From Octopus bimaculoides (Eukaryota), in the NCBI RefSeq assembly GCF_001194135.2, contig NC_068983.1, positions 90,290,160 to 90,341,695 on the forward strand: 51,536 nucleotides of DNA, read 5' to 3'. This document shows, in pieces, positions 35,351-47,389 of the stretch. Below the pieces are notes generated by a model. The model saw only the letters and a list, made by a program, of their open reading frames with translations. It was not told where the DNA came from and made no database searches. A program made the position numbers and the translations under genes. Numbering within the stretch: the stretch's first letter is position 1; every line of letters begins with the position of its first letter.

Positions 35351-37289
35351 TAGTGTAATCATGATGTTCCAGTGATCTGATGTGAGAGCTTTTTTTTATC
35401 TGTACTGATCTGTAAACATACAACTGTATTGTATAATGCAAAGCATGCATATTAGTGCAGACATGTAAAAATAATTTATTATACACTGAACTTATTATTA
35501 CATGATGAAAGTTGTGAAACAGCCCATAATCTTAAGGATGACAAGTGGTTAAATAAATATATTCACCTCTCATACTTTCTGACTTTTTATGGTTTACACA
35601 CACACAGTTGTATTAAGGACCTATAATCCTTTAAGGGATGCTAGCATCCTAGTTCTCCAATTTATACTAGTGTTCAGTGAAAACCAAATATTTTAGTTTT
35701 GCATTGATATATATAGGTATTTAAAATATTTATGAATGAGAAAAAGAAGAAAATGGAAAAATTGGACATGCAGACATCAGTTTATTTAAAGATATTCAAA
35801 TCCATATAATGAAATTCCAGTCCGACAACCGTTTCCATATCCAGTTAGTTCAATTGCAGAAATTAAATTAAATTAATTTAAATTTTCATGTTGAAACTGG
35901 TTAATTGGGTATTTCATCAGGGAAGAATTTTTACCAGGAGATTCATCATGTTAGTTGACCCACGACAGACTCAGTTGTGTATGTTTTAGAATGTGTGTGT
36001 TGTTTTAAAAAAAAGACATTATTTTCATATATATGCATATAAACAAATACATTTGATAAATTTGTGCACATGCTATTGTAATACATGAGGGTTTTCGTTG
36101 GTGGTAGTGTGGTAGTTAGGGTGAAAAAGATGTTATAGAGAGAGAGATTAAAGTGAGTGAAAATGATGGGTTGAGAGAGTGAAGAGGTAACATTCATCAA
36201 GTAGTTTTGCATGCATTTATTAAAATACTGAAGACAACAAAAAAATATGACATATCAACACTGATAGTTAATTACCATATGGTGTGTCATCAGAATTTGT
36301 ATCTAAATCTATGGTCAATATAAACTTTGTAAACAACAGCAAAAACTAGATATTACCAGATACTATTTATTAAAACTAAGTACACTAAAGTTATAATCAC
36401 TATTAAGATAATATGTTTGTAGCAGAAGTGATTTACACTGTCATTATGTGCGAGATGTTTTCATTATGGGTTGTTTAGGCTTAAATACCTGGATATTGGC
36501 TCCACAGGCCTTTTTGTTCCAACAGGTCACATGACCTTGTGATTAGCTGAACTTGTTGTTTGGATTGGTTGGTTTCCAGCCATCCAATCGTGTTGGCGCA
36601 ACAGTTTGTTTTTCCTTATGTAGGATATTAATCACCAGCTCTTGGAGCCTACTGATCTCAATAAGAACGGCAATTCTTGACTGCACTTTGTCTTTGGCAC
36701 TGACCACACGCCAACGTGTTTCTGACAATGATGTATCTGACACCAGCTAGTATCCGCTTTCATCTCCACCAGACACCTGCCTACATCGTTGCTGTATGAA
36801 CACTGCACGACCAACAGACTATTAACTGCCTCTACACACCACCAAATAGTACATCAACTTTGTCTACAAGATCAACAATCCAGCCTAACCATGCTGTTTC
36901 TCACACATCTTTGTTGTAACTTGTTATTGTATTTTATTTCATGTATGGCAATCATTGTATTTTATAAAAGAGAATAAATCATCATTTACTAGTTCATTTT
37001 CATCTCACGTCATATATCAACTTTACATTTTCCTTACTTCTCATTTTTGTTAGATGTTTTATCGCAAATTTAGTTTTATAAATTATTAGAATTTTAACAA
37101 TATATCTGTGAGTAATGTGCTTAATCTATAGTAAAATACCAATACATTGCCACGTATAGAAGACATAACATCCATTTACACCATTTAATTAAAATATCAT
37201 ATTATATTATATTTTCATCCCACAAATATGAATAATGGGATAAAAAAACAAACCCCTTATATATTTAATAATGCTCAAAAATTTGAAAA

Positions 37290-37910
37290 TCATGATGAAT
37301 CTCCTGGTAAAAACGACATTGTTTGGTTTATAGTTCCTTTCACTAAGCAAATTAAGGGTTGGAAACCTATACAAACTTTTCTCTAAACACTTTACCCATC
37401 ACAAACTCTTGGATGCAGATAAAATGGCAAGTAGCAATTATACTGAATGTAATGATATGAAACAGAGTAATAATATGAGTAGTAATGAAAATATGTTTTG
37501 TGATTGCTGGGTTAGACGTGAATGTTTATTTAAGAATTATTGTAACAAAGAATGTTTACAGATGTAAGGTGATATCTGAGGGTAAAAGTTTCTTCTACAT
37601 AAGAGCTACATAAAATTTTGTTAAGAAACGTGTCTCTAACCATATTTGCACCTTTAATAATAGGGACAGGTCTTCTACCAACCTCAGTAAATTTATTTGG
37701 GACTTGAAAGACAAGAAAAAACAGTTTTCTGTGGAGTGGGAGATTATAAGCAAAGCAACTGCTTATAAGTCTGGAAAGTCCTTTTGCTTTCTCTGTCTAG
37801 AAGAATTATTTTTGATCTTATATTCTAGGAGATGTCTCATAAATGCTAAAATAAAGACTGGTTTTACATGTTTTTACACATGTAAATGGACTCTTAAAAA
37901 CTACCATTAA
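37290..37910 (+). mobile_element. Penelope-like element C-terminal GIY-YIG endonuclease fragment
   Basis: CDC...ECL, VYRCKV.....FYIRAT, LSKFIWDLKDK...VEWEIISKATAYKSGKSFCFLCLEE...LINAK. Confidence 0.75.
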
Positions 37911-37915
37911 ATATA

Positions 37916-38939
37916 CTAGCAAATCTACCCATTTGCGATAAAATGAGGGAGGGAAGTCATAACAGCAGTATGTATTGAGAAATGTGTAAATGGACTTGAT
38001 AGATTACTGGGTGATGAAATCATTATTGTTGGTGATATAGCGTTCTGTTGCTGCTATATGACATGTGTTTGTGACTAAGTGACATGTGATGACGATTCAC
38101 TCCCAAACTGAATTAGGCTCCCAGCCTCTGTATCATGAATGGTTATGTGGACCGCTTCTAACAAAGGCCAGAACTTCTTTTGACCACTACATAAAAAGTA
38201 TTAAGAAAAAAATGTTATTCAGATCTATTTTTATTTTAGTTGTTTACACTATTATGCTTGTTTATACTCTTATACATTCAATGTTCACAAGTTTCCTTAT
38301 TTGAATTATGAATAATATTCCTTTTGATAATATCAATATGATTACAAAACTTCTTTGTAGACTATATTTTCTGTTTGGTCGACACTAATTTTCAAATGAC
38401 TTCAGTTTGTTGCTCTACTCATAGCAACATATAACTGGCTATGTATAAACATCAGAACAGGTAAAAATACACCTACACAATGTAAAGTCTGTTTGCTGTG
38501 AATGCATGAGCAGAATCTTTAGGGTTTCAAAAAATCAAACTAAGACTTACCTCTCACTGCTTTATGCAAATAATGTCTGGATGTCCTGGTACCATGGTTT
38601 ATTTTGATTGACAAAACTGTGATGTAAACAACAGCTGCTTCGATTAGCTGTTTTGAATCCTGCTCAAGACTGACACACTTCAATAACCACCAAATAATCA
38701 CACACACACTTTATACTGATGCACATTTTTTCCATTTTATTTTCGCTGTTAACCGTCCTCACAACCCCCTTCATATCCACAAAATAATCATACTTTCTGA
38801 TTTTTTAATACTAAAAACCTTCCTGATGACTGTCTTTAAAATCCCCCAAAATATCATAACTATTGGTCCAGCCATCTGGTCATGTAGAGGGAACAAAGAG
38901 ATGGACAGACAGACAGACATAACGCCCATTATAGTAAGA
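37916..38939 (-). mobile_element. Non-autonomous Helitron (~1.0 kb)
   Basis: 5' TCTTACTATAATGGGCG followed by (TCTG)n at 38939. Candidate 3' ...GATTTGCTAG|T at 37916 with an imperfect CCCATTT/AAATGAGGG hairpin nearby. Confidence 0.6.
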
Positions 38940-39048
38940 TAGCAAATCTACTCATCTATGAATATGAAACAAAGGGATAGTATCGCAATCAACCATTTAA
39001 CAGTGAAGAGGAAATAGACAGACGGACATAATGTCCATTATAGTAAGA

Positions 39049-42000
39049 CTAGCTGAATCACTGCCCTCTGGGCAGTTGATTCAGCTAGTACATATCTAAA
39101 CTCCTGTTCATAGTTTAAAAGTAAAAAGGGAAACTTACTATAATTTTCTTAAAGAATTTCCTTATAGACAACATTGTCAGTGCAGATTCCTTTCATACAC
39201 TTATACTCTGAGTCCAAAGCCAATATATGCACATTGTTCCCAGAACCAACCCTGCAGTTGGTGGCATAGAACTAGTCATGGCTGAACATAGAAGTTGGCA
39301 GGTAAATTCCAACTTTCTCTAAGGTTGGCCCTGGGATTTGTTTGATGTCATTCCAAAAGCCAGCTTCACAGGAAACTGCTTCCTGGAAAATGAGAATGGA
39401 TAGTTTTCAGTGGTGGTCAGTGGAATTCATGGTATCATTATTCGGATTCCAGCATGTGTCCCATTGGCCACTTCTGCTTCAATAAGGTGGTTGTGCAGAT
39501 TCAAGACTATATATCTTGTTTTGTTGCAATGACCTCCTGCTGAATCATGGTTTCTGAGCAGCATGATGAAAGAGTGCTTCTTCAAAACCAAAATGTGTGG
39601 TGAAAACCTTGATGGATTGAGATCATTGATCAGTTCCAGCAGGAACTCAGTCTCATTTTCATGTAAAGTGTCACAGCTTCGATAAGTTTTACTATCTCCT
39701 TGTAGAAATTTCAACATGACAACTGTATTCACTTCTTCAGCAGCCTTGTTTGTAGGAGTAATGATGACTCTGCTGCCCATCCATAGTCCCTCTCTATATT
39801 TCTCATCAATACCCCTGAAGACCACTTCACAAAGGTCCCATAGCCTTGTAGAGTCAATCAAGTGTGGTGGGGGAATAGATATTTTGTATTCACTGATTTC
39901 TTGATTCATAGGAAATGTTGATCAAGATAGGTTGCAAAAGCAGTGTCATCACTGCCAGAATTTTGGACTCTCATATTGACAGACAACTGCAAGCTTTGGA
40001 CATGGTTCCAAATATATGACTGTTTTAATGTAGCATGAACAATCTGGGCTCTGAAACCTCTTTGCACCATGGGCAAGGTCTGCTTCCAGTTTCCAGAAAA
40101 TAAAACTGTCAGACCGCCAAACAGCTTATCTGGTTCTTGTTTAAGTTCTTTGAGACTGTGATCAACACATTCACACACATGCTTATGGCCCATTGTAACC
40201 TCGTCAATAACCAGTAACCTTGCCTTTTGGAAAAGTTTTCCTCTGGGATCACTTATTTTCATACGGCACATAGATTCCTCTGTAATTCTCAGTGGAATAC
40301 TGCATCTGGAGTACAAAGTTTACCCATTTTCCAGCAGGGTGACAGTAATTCCAGAGACTGCAGTGGCAACAGCAGTATGACCTTGTGACTGAACTTCAGC
40401 AAGAATCAGATTGATTGTGTAAGTTTTCCCAGAGCCACCACTCGCATTTAAGCAAAATATTTTCCCCTCCTTATTTATAACTGATCCAACAACTTGGTTA
40501 AAGACATACTTCTGTTCAGCATTTAGTGTTGGATACCTCTTGAAAACACGGTCACAGAGAGCAGCTTTATGAAAATTGAGCTCTTTCTGCAGTATCATTG
40601 GCAGAACTTCTAGTTCACTTTCAAAATCTGGCTTTGGAAGACCAACATTTGCCATTGTGACTTTTTCTCTGTCCAATCTTACTTTGATGGAAAGTAAAAC
40701 TTCATTGTAAAGGAATTCTGTTGGTTTTCCCACATGGTTTTGCCTTTTTCTGTCATCACACAACGCATCCTTGTAGCTTGCTCAAAAACCTTTGGCATCA
40801 TGTGGCCAATAGATAAGGAGAACAGTACAAAATACATGTCTTAGCTGGTCACTGAAACAGTGATGTCTGGCTTCATCTAAAGTACAAGTGATTTCGTCAT
40901 CATCTTGTAAAAGTCCCAACTTTGTGCATGTGTCTTGGTAATTGAAACATAGATCACCATTAACAGTCCATAAGTCAATGTATGATTGGGGACCTTTGAT
41001 GTGATGCTGCAGCATTCTCATGTAATACAATTCCTTCTACCAGACATTGTAAGCGACAATGGGGATGTGACCAATAGTACTAGTTTTATAGTTTCCATCT
41101 TCCATGATTGTTCCCCTTTTCCTCTTTTGCCACCTCTTCCCCTTTTTATTCTAAGTGTAATACTTTGGAATTTCAGCATATAGCTTTTCTCTAGCATCTG
41201 AGTCATATTTATTTAATGCAAAAAACTCGAAGTTGGTTTTGCTGCAAGCTCATGATTTTCAGACAGCTCATCACCAAAAGTAAGAGATTGTTGATTTTTT
41301 AAATGGCATGAAATATTTATGACTGGGTTGTCTGGAATGGATTGAAAATCTGAATATCTTCCAAATTGCCTCACCAGATGAGATGCATCTTGCATTTTGG
41401 TGTCAATTTCATTGTCAACCACTTTAAGGCTTGAATTGTGAAACTCTTGAGGCATTCCAATTGTTTCATCAGTATTGATTGATCAGATTTGAACACTGAA
41501 TCTATCAGGCCCTTTAGTGAGGTACTTGGAAAGATATTTCACTGCCAGTGCAGTGTGTACAACCTCAACATTTAGAGGATAGTTGTATCGGAGAGATGGG
41601 AATGGGCTGTATGGCACCATGAAGCTATTATCTACTTCAGTAGATGCCTGAGTAGTTCTAATAATGTGTATCCTGCTTCTAGAGGTTGGTGACCAATGTC
41701 TGTATTCTGGATAGGCATCATCACTTACAAATGTGGTACTTCTGCATTGTTTGGGAAATAATTTTATGCATTTTGGTGGATCACCATCCCTGCATGGACT
41801 ATTTGGATTATGACATCCATGTGGTCTGTGAATGTTGTTTTTTTACAACAATCTCCAATAGTTCTTGATTCATATCCTTATCTGATGTCTCCGCACATAC
41901 AACTTGATCAATGATTTCTGGCGTTCTTGACTTATCTGTAGCAGCCATAAAAAACAATATGTGGACATGGGGCAGACCTCTCTTCTGCCATTCAATTGTA

Positions 42001-43800
42001 GAGACATGTGCTACTACTTTTCCCAAGACATTCTTCTTCAATAAATCATCCTTCAGAAAGTCGTACTTCATTTTAAACACTATGACTGCAATGTCAAGTC
42101 AATCCTGTGTTCATTCACCTTCAAACAGGGCTTCCATTATCTCAGTCCACTTTTGGCTGGTTGTCATAGTGATGAAGGAGCCTCTCTCACCAGAGCCATT
42201 CGAGCTTGGAAACATTCCCTGTAAAACAGAGGAGAACTAATGTGTAATGGTGGAAGAATGATTTTAGACCTTACGTCATTCATATCACTATTTGCAATAG
42301 CATCCAGAAGGCCCTGGTACTTTTTGGCCTTAAGCTGTTTCTAATGAGTCCTCAGGAAGTGTAATCAATCTTGCTCTATCTTTGCAAATTGATCTACTGC
42401 ATATTGTTGCATCAGACACCCACTTTTCATTATGTCATTGAACTTGTCCTTTCTTATCTATAACCAATAAGAATAAAAGTCACATTCAGTGATGTTTTTG
42501 CTTTGGTCATTATCCTTGAAGACCACATTCCAGCCATCTTCCCCATAGGGAAACAAAAATACATAATGAAGAGGGTCATAGCTTCTGTGGATTTGACTAA
42601 TGTAGTAGAACTTCCCATTGCTCTCTCTGTACTACACAACAACATCTGCAGGTTTAATGTTTAGATTATTGGTATCATCTCCCACCATGATCACAGGAAC
42701 TTCTGCTGCAGTTGGTGGATTATAGGTTCTCTCATGTGACCCAGTAGGAATAAGCTGTTTGTCATGACTTATAATAATATCAGAGGTAGAATATTTTCCT
42801 GGTGCAGAATATTCCTTAATTGTATCAATAGCCTGTTTAAAACTTTTGACATATGGATTGTGCATATGCAGTGCTCCCTGCAAGTCTAGCAGGATGTTCT
42901 CATTAAGGTCATTGTCAGCTCCTCTGAATGACAACCTGTTTCTCATCTCATTTTAAGTGTCAACGAAAAATATGTGTGTAGACTGGCTTCCTATTTACTG
43001 CTGGTAGGAGACTTCCTATGTGGTGGTACAACTTTCCTAGAATCTTAAAAGTAGGCATAAAAGTGCTACCACCTGGTGGTCCAACTGGTGGATCATCCAA
43101 TCTAAGTGAAGTCATAGCTAGTAAATTATTGTTCAGAATAATTCTGGGGGCTTTTTTATCTGTGAAACTTTGTCATTGCTAATTTTTTCTTTGCTACAGC
43201 AGAGGGTAGTTTTCTCAGCATCCCAAAGTTAAGCTTTGCAGTCAGGGCATGATTTGTTAAAAATGTTTCCACAGTAGTGCAACATAAGGCTTGGGTTTCG
43301 TTCTTTCTCATGAAAATCTGCCACATCAACTTCCATGACCATTTTCTCAGTGTCAGTTCTTTGCTGACACAGTCTCGATTGGTATTGTGCCTGGTTGTTT
43401 ACTTGTCACTGCTGAATTTGTGGCAGTGACATGTTTTCCCTAGAATCCTGTTTCCTCAGCCAATCAATATTCCACTGTGCTTCTGTTTTTTGTGGTGTTT
43501 CTATTGTACAGCTTTTCTGTGTTATCATCTGATTTGCATTCCTCCATGCTTCTGAATCTTCTGGTCTTTCTGTTGCACAGGTTTCTTGCATTCTCCTTTG
43601 CTTTATTTCAAGGCACTGAGAAGAACTAGGTCCTTGTCTGTTTTCTTCAATTACTGTCTGTTGTCTTTGCTCAGTGAATGAGAATTTTTGGGGGACTTGT
43701 TGCTCTTTCTTTTTCTGGGCATAGTGTACTGTTGAAAGTGTGAATATATATGACAATTATACAGTGAGAGTATTGAGACAATACAGCTAGTATTTCAGCT
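39049..43800 (-). mobile_element. Decayed autonomous Helitron (Rep + PIF1 helicase), intact 3' terminus
   Basis: N-terminal CPDC...CC zinc motif; Rep motif IEWQKRGLPHVHIL; PIF1 motifs NASGGSGKT, VIDEVTM, FGGLTVLFSGNWKQTLP, ITPTN, HCNKTR, QFPVKLAFGMTSNKSQGQ. Coding ends VVYKEIL* at ~39149. Hairpin CTGCCC/GGGCAG then CTAG at 39049-39052. Many stops and frameshifts; 5' end not located. Confidence 0.93.
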
Positions 43801-44173
43801 AATTTCTCAGTATTTATTGTAAATAGTTACCTTGGGTAAATAGTTACCTTGGGTATTTATTTACAATTACATCACTCTCGCTAAATACTATTTTAAAGTG
43901 CGATTTTTATGTTGTTGAATTGCTCTAAATGAATTTGACCATAAAAATGTCAGAAATTGAGTATTTTTTAAGGTAATAATAAAATTAGTCAGACCTATTT
44001 TCATGCAAAGTTTCCAAAATTTTCATAATTTTATGTCTGCTATTTCAGAATTCTATGCATGTGTGAAACATCAGATGAAAAGGACCTCTTCAGTTTCAGT
44101 CACAGACTTTTTAAATTATTTTTTTTAACTAAATAGTTATACTGATCTAATTTCTCATGCTGAACATGATTGC

Positions 44174-44655
44174 TTTCAACAACATTTTTGACAAAATTCT
44201 GTATTCTAGAAGTTATTTCATGTTAAAGTTGTTGTATTTGGGTAATTTTAACCAATCAACAATGTATATTCAGCCAAAGAAAGCTACTGCTGTTTGTGAT
44301 AGTAATCAAAGTGCAACACCTTCTGGATTATCTCTACTAAATGTCACCAATCTGTCGTATTTTATATTTGTTTACTGCCTGTGTTGCCTACTACACGCTT
44401 TGTTTTCTTTTCAATCACCTCTTTGTACATTTGCATTTTCACCACTCATACAAAGAAGCAATCGAAAAAACAAAAACAAAGCGTGTAATACGCAACACAG
44501 GCAGTAAGCAAAAATAAAATATAACAGAGTGGTAACGAGATGACCCAGTAGTTTTCTTCATCTGAATACATGTCGTTGATTGACTAAAATTACCCAAATA
44601 CAACTTTAACATGGAATAACTTCTAAAATACAAAATTTTGTCGAAAATGTTGAAA
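44174..44655. repeat. ~115-bp inverted repeat pair (44174-44289 / 44546-44655), MITE-like
   Basis: tttcaac...gacaaaatt.tgtatt.tagaagttatt.catgttaaagttg...tatttgggtaatttta...ctactg recurs as the reverse complement; the ORF track shows matching peptides on opposite strands. Confidence 0.8.
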
Positions 44656-44894
44656 GTAAATTTTCATGAATCCCATATAGACGTTGATACTCTCTGGGTA
44701 CCCACGGTTCCTTATGCCAAGTTTGGTCAAAATCAGTTGAGTGGAAGCAAAGTAGCCACAAAGTCAGGGATCTATTTCACATACATTTAGCATTGAATGT
44801 AGTTCCTTCAGAATGGAAAAGGACCATTTAATTTTCAGTGTCGATAGACTACCAGAGATATCCGGCATTGTTCAGGATTAAAATGGCATAGTTT

Positions 44895-45296
44895 TTATTC
44901 TTTTATTTGTTTGAGTCATTTGACTGCAGCAATGCTGGAGCACCACCTTTAGTTGAACAAATCGCTCCCAGGACTTATTCTTTGTAAGCCTAGTACTTAT
45001 TCTATCGGTCTCTTTTGCTGAACCGCTAAGTTACTGGGACATAAACACACCAGCATCAGTTGTCAAGCGATGTTGTGGGGACAAACATAGACACACAAAC
45101 ACACACATATATATATACATATACATATATATGACGGGCTTCTTTCAGTTTCCGTCTACCAAATCCACTCACAATGCTTTGGTTGGCCCGAGGCTATAGT
45201 AGAATACATTTGCCCAAGGTGCCACGCAGTGGGACTGAACCCAGAACCATGTGGTTGGTAAGCAAGATACTTACCACACAGCCACTCCTGCGCCTA
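44895..45296 (-). mobile_element. SINE family A, full-length
   Basis: Reverse complement of the 28320-28708 structure; head aggcgcaggagtggctgtgtggtaag. Confidence 0.9.
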
Positions 45297-45311
45297 TAAA
45301 AAGCTATCGCC

Positions 45312-45383
45312 TGCGTCGGCTGGGAGTCGAACCTGGATCGACTGCTTGGAAGGCAACCATGCTAACCGTTACACCACCAATGC
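45312..45383 (-). tRNA. tRNA-Gly(TCC), probably a pseudogene
   Basis: GCATTGGTGGTGTAACGGTTAGCATGGTTGCCTTCCAAGCAGTCGATCCAGGTTCGACTCCCAGCCGACGCA (72 nt), anticodon TCC at 45350-45348. Mismatches at A3:C70 and two T-stem pairs are consistent with CpG decay. T5 tract 9 nt downstream. Confidence 0.8.
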
Positions 45384-45554
45384 TATTATTTATATTAAAA
45401 TACATTTCACCAAATTAATTTTATTTGTGTAGCATATGGGATTATAAGCCATATTATCTTATTAGTATCTACTTTATTATTATTAAAATCACTAAAATTC
45501 GTATATTTATTTTACTCTTTAAGTAGATATTATATTTAATTTTATTTGGTTTCT

Positions 45555-47240
45555 TTATACACCTATGATTATTAGTATTATCATTATTTTTATATTATTA
45601 TTCTTATCAATTTTACTCATTTTATTTATAATATTATTATCTTTAATATATTGTAAGTTATTCTTATATCCTGCTTTACTTAAAGTCAAATTATGTTGGT
45701 CTATTAAATATGTCTTCATTACAAGATAAATATGAAATTCTCTTACTAATATTATATATTCAATCACCCACCTTCAGTGAAAAAATTTCACTGAAGGTGG
45801 GTGATTGCTTTGATAATTCATATGTTTTAATTTATAATTTGGTTTAATATATGGTTTGTGTATTCTAGATGATAAATTACAGTTTATATCTAAGTAATTA
45901 ACTGAATTATATTCTTTTTCTATAGTTATAGCTAATCCAAATCTTTTTTAAAATTTTACTAATTCTTTATAAGTTCTAGGTGTCTATTAGATGTATTCTT
46001 AACTATAAAGAGTGCATCATCTCTATATAGTCCCCCCATGAGCTTTGGGAATTCATCTTGTATTTTTTTTTCTACTCTAGGTACAAGGCCCGAAATTTTG
46101 AGGGAGGGAGCCACTTGATTAGATTGACCCCAGTACACAACTGGTACTTAATTTATTGACCTTGAAAGGATGAAAGGCAAAGTCAACCTCGGTGGAATTT
46201 GAACTCAGAATGTAAGGACAGACAAAATACCGCTAAGCATTTAGCTCGGCATGCTAACGTTTCTGCCAGCTTGCCACCTTCATCTTGTATACCAGCCAAT
46301 AAATATATTCTTACTATATCAGTTATTTGCTTGGAATCTGGTACTCCCTTAGATATATCAAAACAGTTAGGAGTATTATTTCTTGCCCATAATTTATTAT
46401 CGAAATTTATAACTGATTTATGGGCTGTTAAAATTACATTAATTTCTTTCATGCTAATAGATTTATATTTCCTGGCAAATATCAAGGTGCTATTTAAGAT
46501 AGTAGGGTTTATACTAGAGTAATAATTGTCAATATCTATTTGTAGGAATTTATGCTTATATTTATAATTTATATTTGAGAACCATTTAATAGTATTCTGG
46601 GTGTTTGACCATAATTGTAGTCTGATCTTATTTTTCAAGATCGGTATATATTTATCTAAAATTATCTTGCTAAATTTACATAAATCAGATTTATTAGGAC
46701 AGATGAATCTAACCTTTGTATCAATATAAAAATTCTTCTTATGATCCTTAATTGTAATCTATGATCTACTATGTATTAATGGTTCTGTTTTATCATTTAC
46801 ATTATAATTTTCCATAATTTTTTTTAGCTTCTAGGTTAATCTGTCTAAGGGTACTATTAGGAACTATCTTATATTTTTTTGTAATTTCTTTATACATTAA
46901 TTAATGTATAAATTAATATCCATGTTATATAAGTTTCTTGTTTTATCTGAATTAACAATAACTCCTTTTATATTTTTCAGTTCAAGGGTTAATTTTTTAG
47001 CTTCCTTTGGTGTTGGTCATTCGACAGTGGGCTTCTTTAAACTTTAAGTTTTTGATTCTAGTTCATAGTTCTTGTTCAAATGTAATGGCATCTTCCTGGT
47101 TTTGAATACTCCAGAGGTAAAATCCATGCTATTATTCGTATTGATATTAGTGATATCCATTTTGTCTTTATCATAATAAAAAGTTCTCCATCTTAGTCTG
47201 TGTCTGAAGTCTGTTATTTTGGCAATCAGTTCATTCATAT
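45555..47240 (-). mobile_element. Penelope-like element RT, decayed (interrupted by a SINE)
   Basis: FRHRLRWRTFYY; LWSNTQNTIKWF...FLQIDIDNYYSSI...FDISKGVPDSKQITDIVRIYLL. After removing the SINE it reads AGIQDEFPKLMGGLYRDDALF (YRDD catalytic motif); later YQSNHPPSVK and LSKAGYKNNLQY. Confidence 0.85.
46064..46278 (-). mobile_element. SINE family B (tRNA head, Deu/Nin-like central domain) with 12-bp TSD
   Basis: Flanked by TTCATCTTGTAT at 46052-46063 and 46279-46290; A-tail on the minus strand. Body ctttcatcctttc..ggtcaataaattaagtaccagttg..tactggggtcaat resembles the Deu/Nin domain as I recall it (not verified). Confidence 0.85.
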
Positions 47241-47389
47241 ATACAGTTTTGGAAGGTACAGGAGATAGCTGTGTGGGTGTATTGGTGTGTATATGTATGT
47301 ATGTGTATGTATGTAAAACTGTGTGTATGTATATATGTGTGTATATGTATATATGTGTGTGTGTGTGGATGTATATGTGTATATAAATA

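Noticed and set aside
35778-35862. Possible terminal FBXO16 exon (AAG|A TAT TCA... giving YSNPYNEIPVRQPFPYPVSSIAEIKLN*), phase-compatible with the 15226 donor
   Set aside because: Weak AAG acceptor with poor pyrimidine tract and no recognisable homology; could be chance. RNA-seq is needed.
36250-36300. CUGAUGA plus small hairpins on the minus strand (second hammerhead?)
   Set aside because: No GAAA, no G10.1-C11.1 pair, and stem I does not pair.
36543-36860. GC-richer block with short ORFs on both strands
   Set aside because: No recognisable motif; probably a TE UTR fragment that I cannot assign.
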